From positions 11,354 to 43,353 of the forward strand of contig NZ_SODD01000017.1 of the NCBI RefSeq assembly GCF_004365815.1: a stretch of 32,000 nt of DNA, in the 5' to 3' direction. Position 1 is the stretch's first letter. Each line of letters starts with the position of its first letter. The position numbers and the translations under genes are program-made. The DNA is from Breznakia blatticola. GTDB lineage: Bacteria; Bacillota_I; Bacilli_A; Erysipelotrichales; Erysipelotrichaceae. A model generated the notes under the pieces. The model made no database searches. It was given only the letters and a program-made list of their open reading frames with translations, and was not told the DNA's origin. Positions 11,001 to 16,936 of this stretch are shown here, in pieces.

Positions 11001-11230
11001 ATGATATTTACATCTTCTTGATTTAATCCATAGTCTGCAATAATCGATAAATCTGCAGTATGATGGTCTTGGAAATAATTGCTTCCAGTCACTCGCATAT
11101 CAGGACCAGTTACTTTGAGTCCAACAAGAGCGAATGAACCTAATGCCATCAAACAAACGATGGAGAAGAAACGACTCTTTGATTTTTTGAAAGAGCGAAA
11201 GATTTCTTTACGTAATGCTAATTTCTTCAT
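8018..11230 (-). CDS. Fused MacB/FtsX-type ABC transporter permease (8 TM) with a long coiled-coil insert in the first extracytoplasmic domain
   Basis: Two FtsX-like 4-TM modules, each preceded by a large extracytoplasmic domain. Residues ~232-508 (track numbering) are a Q/A/T/L/N-rich heptad-like segment. I prefer ATG 11230 (MKKLALRKE...). The track's GTG 11242 overlaps the upstream TGA and is an alternative. Confidence 0.85.
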   Translation of the reverse strand: MKKLALRKEIFRSFKKSKSRFFSIVCLMALGSFALVGLKVTGPDMRVTGSNYFQDHHTADLSIIADYGLNQEDVNIINQASAKDIEYGYLKDVTIKNEHTAVRLFSKTERISTFDVKEGRLPKSKKEIALQENLKKDYAIGDSISFHEKKDLSGNTTLNTHTFTIVGFVNSTEIISNVNQGASTAGTGDLSHYAVISTEAFDSDIFMIARLTYEDIASVDPYSDTYATRLLKHKEELNELLADQPKLRLQSVKADVQRQLDEGNKNLLDAQQTFDNTKEQLANAKLQIEQGELELANKQAMYNQAIQDGQVKLNDARNTLRQSETTLTQAKNAYQNNLTTYQAKLQTYNESKPQLEAAITSLKQQETTLQAVINDPTATDQQKAEASATLQVVQANLTAYTQQLTQATTAIENAKVQLEQADRQIRAGEVQLQQGQIELQNQEAGFETKKTEGANQLTQASATLQESKTTYQSKQAEFDEKRSDIEKELANAKSKLSQYEDSLDSLELPAYAIQSRKEAPGSQGYKIYGSIATIVDSLANVFPIFLYFVAALVTFTTMTRFVDEDRINLGTLKALGYENKDIRKKFTVYGLLAGTIGTFIGTILGHTLLPAIVYKAYSVGFTVPPIEFHFYFTISLIALILSLLSAVLPAYMVASRELKNRPSILLQPKSPKAGSKILLERIRPLWSRLSFTHKVTARNLFRYKKRAFMTIFGVCGAVTMLFAGFGMQHSISGIGDHQFGEIITYDMIIAKDPTIQQAQSDNLEKQLRNEAIKYSMPIHYSELHVTPNTSGDKQDVKLLVPSDTAKLSNYITLEERKGKEKISLEDGSIIISERLAKSFDVSIGDTIVMQDANNNSYEMKVGGICEMYMGHFAFMNETTYEQVFNQDYTDNAYFVSLHNRSITNANTQAAVFMDLPGVKGIVQNTTLITQIDTIVNALDMIMTVLIIVASLLAVVILYNLTNINISERIRELSTIKVLGFYDKEVTMYIYRETITLTILGILTGFIFGRLLHLYILNVVPPEDVMFDPTTGLMGFIVSIILVATVTFILGIFVNQKLRKEDMLQALKSVD

Positions 11231-11235
11231 TGAAA

Positions 11236-11937
11236 TCACCACTCAATCTCACGAATTGATTTTGGTTGCTCATTGACTTCGATACTTTGTACCTTGGCAT
11301 CACGCATGCGGATGACTCGATCTGCAATTGGTGCTAATGCTCCGTTGTGTGTCACGATAATCACGGTTGCACCTTGCTTGCGTGACATATCTTGAAGGAT
11401 TTGTAAGACCTGTTTACCTGTATTGTAATCAAGAGCACCCGTAGGTTCATCACAAAGTAGAATTTTTGGATTTTTTGCAACTGCACGAGCGATGGCAACG
11501 CGCTGTTGCTCCCCTCCTGATAGTTGGGTTGGAAAGTTGTTGATTCTTGATTGTAGACCTACACTTTTTAAGACTTCAACAGCATCACTTGCATCTTTTA
11601 CAATTTCGCTGGCAAGTTCAACGTTTTCCTTAGCTGTAAGATTTGGTACTAAGTTATAAAATTGGAAGACAAATCCGACATCATTTCGTCGATATGTAAT
11701 AAGCTCTTTATCTGAATATGCTGCAATATCATGGCCATCAATAATCACTTGGCCACTATCATTGCGATCCATACCACCTAATATATTTAAAATTGTCGAT
11801 TTACCGGCACCAGAAGCACCTAAGATAATCGCTAGTTCACCTTTCTCAATTGAGAAGTTCACCTTATCGTTTGCGGTGATCGTTGTATCACCCATCTTAT
11901 ATTCTTTTGTACTATCAATAATATCAATGTAACTCAT
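11236..11937 (-). CDS. ABC transporter ATP-binding protein (MacB/LolD-type NBD)
   Basis: Walker [10 protein letters not shown], signature [14 protein letters not shown], Walker [14 protein letters not shown]-loop VTHN. It is immediately upstream of the permease and tightly coupled to it. Confidence 0.9.
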   Translation of the reverse strand: MSYIDIIDSTKEYKMGDTTITANDKVNFSIEKGELAIILGASGAGKSTILNILGGMDRNDSGQVIIDGHDIAAYSDKELITYRRNDVGFVFQFYNLVPNLTAKENVELASEIVKDASDAVEVLKSVGLQSRINNFPTQLSGGEQQRVAIARAVAKNPKILLCDEPTGALDYNTGKQVLQILQDMSRKQGATVIIVTHNGALAPIADRVIRMRDAKVQSIEVNEQPKSIREIEW

Positions 11938-11963
11938 AAATTACCTCCTTTATGAACAACGTG

Positions 11964-12010
11964 TTGATTTTAGTAAAACCTAGTATATAATGTGTTAAGT
12001 GAATCTTCAA
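11964..12010. promoter_or_regulatory. Overlapping divergent sigma-A-type promoters (tetR on +, ABC operon on -)
   Basis: + strand: TTGATT (11964-11969), 16 nt, TATAAT (11986-11991). - strand: TTGAAG (complement of 12005-12010), 17 nt, TATACT (complement of 11982-11987). The -10 boxes overlap face to face. Confidence 0.4.
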
Positions 12011-12052
12011 TAATCAAAATATTGGGATGTGTTCATTTAAGGAGTGAGATAT

Positions 12053-12676
12053 TTGAGTACACAAAGACACACAGAAACAACAAACAAAATTAAGAAAACC
12101 TTCACAAAACTTTTAAAGGAAAAAGGGCTTGATGCAATGAGTGTTACAGATATTGCACGTGGTAGTAAAATCAATCGTGGAACATTCTATTTACACTATT
12201 TAGATAAATATGACTTAATGGATAAAATGCAAGATGATTTAATCCATGATTTGACATTGATTTTGGATGATCAGAAAGAATGTACAGAAAGTAATACTCC
12301 ATCAAGTATCTTTAGTTATGCGCAAATAGTGAAAGCATTACAATACGTAAAACAAGAATTTGCATTTATTGAAACTCTCACTGGTGAAAAAGGGGATCCA
12401 AAGTTTGTGGCTCGTTTTAAAGCATATATTGCAGAATTGATAAAAGAAAAAGTACAACATTCGCAAAATCTGAAAATGGGCATGGATTATCTTCCAAAAG
12501 ATTATGCTGATGAGGTTTTATTATCAGGGGTGTTTTCTATTATTTTACTATGGATTGATAAAGGTGCAATTGAAACGCCAGAGCAAGTTGCTGATATGAT
12601 TATACAAGTTTGTGAACAGTCCATGTTTGGTCCGTTTCAAGTGGATACAACCAAGACAAAAGAAAAAGAGCTTTGA
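12053..12676 (+). CDS. TetR/AcrR family transcriptional regulator
   Basis: N-terminal TetR HTH (MSVTDIARGSKINRGTFYLHYLDKYDL). AAGGAG at 12039-12044 fits the in-frame TTG at 12053 (8-nt spacing). The track's GTG 12044 overlaps the SD itself. The gene is divergent from the ABC pair. Confidence 0.85.
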   Translation: MSTQRHTETTNKIKKTFTKLLKEKGLDAMSVTDIARGSKINRGTFYLHYLDKYDLMDKMQDDLIHDLTLILDDQKECTESNTPSSIFSYAQIVKALQYVKQEFAFIETLTGEKGDPKFVARFKAYIAELIKEKVQHSQNLKMGMDYLPKDYADEVLLSGVFSIILLWIDKGAIETPEQVADMIIQVCEQSMFGPFQVDTTKTKEKEL

Positions 12677-12684
12677 GCTCTTTG

Positions 12685-13209
12685 TTATCGTTGATATAAA
12701 TTTGTTCCTTGTGCATCTAAAGCGATCGTGATAGGAAAATTCTCGACAGTTAGTTTTAAAATGGCTTCTGCACCTAAATCAGCAAAAGCTACAGGCTCTG
12801 CTTTTTTAATGCATTTCCCTAATAAAGCACCAGCCCCACCAATGGCAACGGCGTAGAGTGCTTGATTTTTTATAATTGAATCTTTGACTGCTGAACTTCG
12901 ATATCCTTTTCCAATGGTACAACTTACACCTAAGTCATAAAGTGTTGGTGCATAAGCATCCATTCTTGCAGATGTTGTAGGACCTGCACTACCAAAGGTA
13001 TGTCCTGGTTGTGTTGGGGTTGGTCCAACATAATAAATGGTTGCATCTTGTAAATCAAAGGGAAGAGATTCATTGTTTTGAATCATTTCAAACAAACGTT
13101 TATGCGCCGCATCTCTAGCTGTATATAATTCACCACTAAGATAAATGAAATCTCCGGTTTTTAAGTCTTTCATTTTATCTTTGGTTAAAGGTAGTTGAAT
13201 GTGTTTCAT
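12685..13209 (-). CDS. Fe-S hydro-lyase beta subunit (class I fumarate hydratase / L(+)-tartrate dehydratase beta type)
   Basis: Family-typical sequence (GPTTSARMD, AVAIGGAGAL). The start was moved to the ATG at 13209 (MKHIQLPL...), which forms an ATGA overlap with the alpha-subunit stop (tcat at 13206-13209 on +). The track start 13245 would overlap the alpha gene by 40 nt. Confidence 0.85.
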   Translation of the reverse strand: MKHIQLPLTKDKMKDLKTGDFIYLSGELYTARDAAHKRLFEMIQNNESLPFDLQDATIYYVGPTPTQPGHTFGSAGPTTSARMDAYAPTLYDLGVSCTIGKGYRSSAVKDSIIKNQALYAVAIGGAGALLGKCIKKAEPVAFADLGAEAILKLTVENFPITIALDAQGTNLYQR

Positions 13210-14066
13210 GATAGTACCTCTTTTGCATGTCTTGTAATATGGCAAGAAATATTTACGGCTACAGGTAATCCTGCAATATGTGTAGGAAAGTATTCTACAT
13301 TAATTGCAAGTGCAGTGGCATCACCACCAAATCCTTGCGGTCCAATTCCTGTTTCATTGGCAAGTTGCAGCAATTTCTTTTCAAGTTTCGCATAAGCGGG
13401 ATTGTTATTAGGTGTGCGACTATCGCGAAGTAATGCTTTTTTTGCCAGAACTGCAGCATAATCGAAAGTACCACCAATACCAACACCGACAACCATTGGT
13501 GGACATGCATTTGGTCCAGCATTTTTAATTGCCTCAAGTACCGTTTGAATCACACCTTCTTCACCATCAGCAGGAGTAAGCATCGTTAGAGTGCTTTTGT
13601 TTTCTGAACCAAAACCTTTAGCAGCTACTTCAATGATGACCTTTTCACCAGGTATGATCTCTGTATATAAGATGCATGGTGTATTATTTTTCGTGTTGAT
13701 ACGTTCGTATAAGGGATCATCGACAACTGATTTTCGTAAGTAACCAGCTTCATATCCAGCTGCAACTCCTGCGTTGACAGCTTGGGTTAAATCTCCATCA
13801 ATTAAATGTACATCTTGTCCAATTTTTAAAAATACAATTGCCATTCCTGTATCTTGACATACAGGAATTTTTTCTTGCTTAGCGATTTCAGCATTTTCTA
13901 AAAGAATACCTAAAGTATTCTTCGCAAGTTCATTTGTTTCTTGTGTATTTGCTTGTTGTAAGAGTTCATATATATCACTTGGATAGTTTACATTAATATC
14001 TTGCACCATTTTAGTAAGTGCATCGCGGATTGCATGTACGCTTATTTCTTTCATGAGGTTCTCCAA
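13206..14066 (-). CDS. Fe-S hydro-lyase alpha subunit (class I fumarate hydratase / tartrate dehydratase alpha type)
   Basis: 286 aa with the PVCQDTGMAIVF motif characteristic of this family. The start codon abuts the malic-enzyme stop (14066/14067). Confidence 0.85.
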   Translation of the reverse strand: MENLMKEISVHAIRDALTKMVQDINVNYPSDIYELLQQANTQETNELAKNTLGILLENAEIAKQEKIPVCQDTGMAIVFLKIGQDVHLIDGDLTQAVNAGVAAGYEAGYLRKSVVDDPLYERINTKNNTPCILYTEIIPGEKVIIEVAAKGFGSENKSTLTMLTPADGEEGVIQTVLEAIKNAGPNACPPMVVGVGIGGTFDYAAVLAKKALLRDSRTPNNNPAYAKLEKKLLQLANETGIGPQGFGGDATALAINVEYFPTHIAGLPVAVNISCHITRHAKEVLS

Positions 14067-15221
14067 TTACTTGTTTGCTTCGGCTTTTACAGCATTAGCC
14101 ACAACGGTAACGACATCTTTATTAAATGAATTTGGAATAATGTAGTCTTCGTTTAGTTCCTCATCTTTTACGACAGAAGCGATTGCTTTAGCAGCAGCAA
14201 CTTTCATTGCTTCCGTGATTTTAGCTGCTCTTGCATCAAGTGCACCTCTAAAGATTCCAGGGAATACTAATACATTATTAATTTGATTTGCAAAATCACT
14301 ACGTCCAGTTGCAACAATACGAGCACCACCTTCTTTTGCGACATCCGGCATAATTTCTGGAACTGGATTTGCCATCGCAAAAACAATTGCATCAGAATTC
14401 ATAGTACGTACCATTTCTGCACTTACAATATTTGGTGCGCTTACACCAATGAAAACATCTTTGCCTTTCATAATGGTTGCTAAGTCACCAGTTTGTTTGT
14501 TGGGGTTTGTGATATTTGCCATTGCAGCTTGTGCTTCATTCATCCATGTTTCACCTGGACAAAGTGCACCTTTTAAGTCAACTAAAGTGACATCTTTGGC
14601 TCCAATTTGTAGAAGTAACTTGCAAATACTGATACCTGCAGAACCAGCTCCATTGATAACGATACTTGCTTGTGCGATACCTTTCTTTACCAACTTTAAT
14701 GCATTGATAATACCAGCACTTACCACAATTGCAGTTCCATGTTGATCATCGTGGAAAACTGGAATATCACATTCTTCAATTAAACGTCTTTCGATTTCAA
14801 AACATCTTGGTGCACTAATGTCTTCTAAATTGATTCCACCAAATGTAGGGGCAAGTAGTTTTACGGTACGAATGATTTCTTCCGTATCTTGTGTGTCTAA
14901 ACAAATAGGGAAGGCATCAATATCAGCAAACTCTTTAAATAGAATTGCCTTTCCTTCCATCACAGGCATTGCAGCTTTTGGGCCAATGTTACCAAGTCCA
15001 AGTACGGCACTTCCATCTGTCACAACAGCTACGAAGTTTCCTTTATTCGTATAGGTATATATCGCATTATCATCTTCTACGATTTCACGACATGGTTGAG
15101 CAACACCTGGAGTATATGCTAATGATAGATCTTCCATGTTTTTCACTTCAACTTTTGATGTGACAGCAAGTTTCCCTCTATGTTTCTTATGTAATTCCAA
15201 TGATTTTTCGTAAACGTCCAT
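14067..15221 (-). CDS. NAD(P)-dependent malic enzyme (short prokaryotic form)
   Basis: Motifs LSLAYTPGVA, VVTDGSAVLGLGNIG, GINLEDI, FHDDQHGTA, INGAGSAG. The start was moved to the ATG at 15221 (MDVYEKS...), preceded by GGAG with 7-nt spacing. The track start 15245 has no SD. Confidence 0.9.
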   Translation of the reverse strand: MDVYEKSLELHKKHRGKLAVTSKVEVKNMEDLSLAYTPGVAQPCREIVEDDNAIYTYTNKGNFVAVVTDGSAVLGLGNIGPKAAMPVMEGKAILFKEFADIDAFPICLDTQDTEEIIRTVKLLAPTFGGINLEDISAPRCFEIERRLIEECDIPVFHDDQHGTAIVVSAGIINALKLVKKGIAQASIVINGAGSAGISICKLLLQIGAKDVTLVDLKGALCPGETWMNEAQAAMANITNPNKQTGDLATIMKGKDVFIGVSAPNIVSAEMVRTMNSDAIVFAMANPVPEIMPDVAKEGGARIVATGRSDFANQINNVLVFPGIFRGALDARAAKITEAMKVAAAKAIASVVKDEELNEDYIIPNSFNKDVVTVVANAVKAEANK

Positions 15222-15397
15222 ATGATCACTCCTTTTTATCTTCATTATTATACATCAGAGTGATTGGATTGGTGATATAAATCTTATATTTTAGTAGTTT
15301 ATGATAGAAAAGGATAATAAAAACAGTGATAATTTATGATGTAATTTAGCTAAGAAATTATATATGAATACTCTTTATATCATATTGATTGTCATGC

Positions 15398-15426
15398 TTT
15401 ACAACACATGCACACAATAATAAAAT
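15398..15426 (+). promoter_or_regulatory. Candidate sigma-A promoter upstream of the sigma-factor gene
   Basis: TTTACA (15398-15403), a 17-nt CA-rich spacer, TAAAAT (15421-15426). Confidence 0.35.
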
Positions 15427-15454
15427 AGCCCTTGTGTGAATTTTTAAAAAGTGT

Positions 15455-15479
15455 CCAACCTTTTGGACTTTAAAAAGTC
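15455..15479 (+). promoter_or_regulatory. ECF-like promoter motif, site 1 (upstream of the sigma gene)
   Basis: CCAACCTTTTggactttaaaaAGTC. It has the same 9-mer and the same spacing as the sites at 16810 and 19463, and lies 34 nt before the ATG at 15513. Confidence 0.4.
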
Positions 15480-15512
15480 TTACGTATATGATGTGTGAAT
15501 GAGGAGTTTTAA

Positions 15513-16808
15513 ATGAACAAACGGATAGATGTAACTTATGTGCGAAAGTTACAAGAAGGAGACCTTACTGCCTTGGAGGAAATATATCGTTTTTACCAAG
15601 GGCCAATATATTATTATGCACTTTCAATTTTGAAAAATAAGCACGATGCAGAAGAAGTTATGCAGGAAGTGGTGTATAAAGTGCAAACAAGAATTCATCA
15701 ATTAAAGAATCCAGAGTCTTTTCATTTCTGGATGTTTTCTATTGCATCAAATGAATGTACTTCACGGTTGCGTGTACGTAAGCGATTCATCCAAACCGAT
15801 GAAGAAAACACACTTGAAGAGGTGATAAAAGCAAAAAATAACCAAATTAATGATTTTAATAATTCGACACTAATGGGTGCAATATTAAATTCATTTCAAA
15901 AATTAAGTGAGAATAATCGAAGGACAGCTGAACTACGTTACTTGAGTGGACTAACTTTAGAAGAAATCGCAAAAGCAACACATGTGGAAACGAAAACTGT
16001 AAAGAGTAGGTTGTATGAAGTACGAAAGATGGTCTCAAGTGACTTGAAAGAGCAAGGTTATCATCCACGTAAATATTTTACATTTTTGGGGATTCCACTG
16101 TTTTATAAGGAAATGCAGTTAACTTTTCTTAAAGAGCGAAATAAAGTTCTATTAAAGGACTATTCGTCAATGCAAACATTGATGCAAATTATCACTAATG
16201 CAGAAAAGATTAGTCTATTTTTAAGTTGTGCAATTGCATCGGTAGTAATAACTCCCGTAATACCAGCAATAGTTAACGTTCCAACAAATGATTTGATTGT
16301 ACTTCCTGCAACTGCATCAAACATTCAGTATAAAAAGTCTGATCGTATAGGTGTTATTGATACAATCTCATATATTCAAAATCCAATTGCTGGTCCTTTA
16401 GAAGTACGGGTGTATGTATACGATATGTCAAAAATAGAAAATATCTCTATTACTTATGAAGGTATTGAATGTAACTATCAAAAATATGAGACTTATGTAG
16501 GTATAAACGTTGTTAAAAATGGAAGATATCACGTACGAATAAATAATGATGAAAAGTTTTTTGACGTAACAAATATTGATTATGATATTCCGATTGTTGA
16601 AAGATTGGATTTTTATGATGATTCATTTGAAATCGTTGTTAAGGTAACTGTGAATCAAGTAGATGTTGAGAAGTCGTATCTATTGATTGATCAACAAAGA
16701 GTATCGTTTCCAAAAGATTTTATTGTGTCTGTGAAAGATGCAGAAAATGTCGATGTGATCTTAGTTGATGATAAAGGAAATGAAAATTGCTTTAATTTTA
16801 AAAAATAA
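15513..16808 (+). CDS. ECF-type sigma-70 family factor fused to a TM helix and a ~175-aa extracytoplasmic C-terminal domain
   Basis: Region 2 (DAEEVMQEVVYKVQTRIHQLKNPESFHFWMFSIASNECTSRLRVRKR) and region 4 (RRTAELRYLSGLTLEEIAKATHVETKTVKSRLYEVRKMV) with no region 3. One hydrophobic helix ISLFLSCAIASVVITPVIPAIV (16209-16274), then a beta-rich domain of unknown family. SD GAGGAG is 6 nt before the ATG. Confidence 0.8.
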   Translation: MNKRIDVTYVRKLQEGDLTALEEIYRFYQGPIYYYALSILKNKHDAEEVMQEVVYKVQTRIHQLKNPESFHFWMFSIASNECTSRLRVRKRFIQTDEENTLEEVIKAKNNQINDFNNSTLMGAILNSFQKLSENNRRTAELRYLSGLTLEEIAKATHVETKTVKSRLYEVRKMVSSDLKEQGYHPRKYFTFLGIPLFYKEMQLTFLKERNKVLLKDYSSMQTLMQIITNAEKISLFLSCAIASVVITPVIPAIVNVPTNDLIVLPATASNIQYKKSDRIGVIDTISYIQNPIAGPLEVRVYVYDMSKIENISITYEGIECNYQKYETYVGINVVKNGRYHVRINNDEKFFDVTNIDYDIPIVERLDFYDDSFEIVVKVTVNQVDVEKSYLLIDQQRVSFPKDFIVSVKDAENVDVILVDDKGNENCFNFKK

Positions 16809-16809
16809 A

Positions 16810-16834
16810 CCAACCTTTAAAAGGTAAGTGCGTC
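16810..16834 (+). promoter_or_regulatory. ECF-like promoter motif, site 2 (upstream of the surface-protein gene)
   Basis: CCAACCTTTAaaaggtaagtgCGTC, i.e. AAC-N16-CGTC, the textbook ECF -35/-10 geometry. It starts 2 nt after the sigma gene stop. Confidence 0.5.
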
Positions 16835-16936
16835 GTACTGGTAAGGATATATATGTGTGAGGAGGTAGCAATGATCAAGAGAAGAAAAGTGTAAATGTTT
16901 TAACAAAAGTTATGTGTGAAAATAAAGGAGGAAACT

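Noticed and set aside
11952-12041. Long-range inverted matches in the tetR/ABC intergenic region (ATGAACA/TGTTCAT, TTAAGTGAA/TTCATTTAA, CAAC-gt-GTTG) as TetR operators.
   Set aside because: The arms are 30-70 bp apart or only 4 bp long. None forms the compact 15-20 bp dyad expected of a TetR operator, so no operator is called.
15483-15486. CGTA at 15483 as the -10 of promoter site 1, a better match to the ECF 'CGT' consensus than AGTC.
   Set aside because: It lies 23 nt after the AAC, too far for ECF geometry and inconsistent with the 16-nt spacing shared by the other two sites. It is kept only as an alternative.
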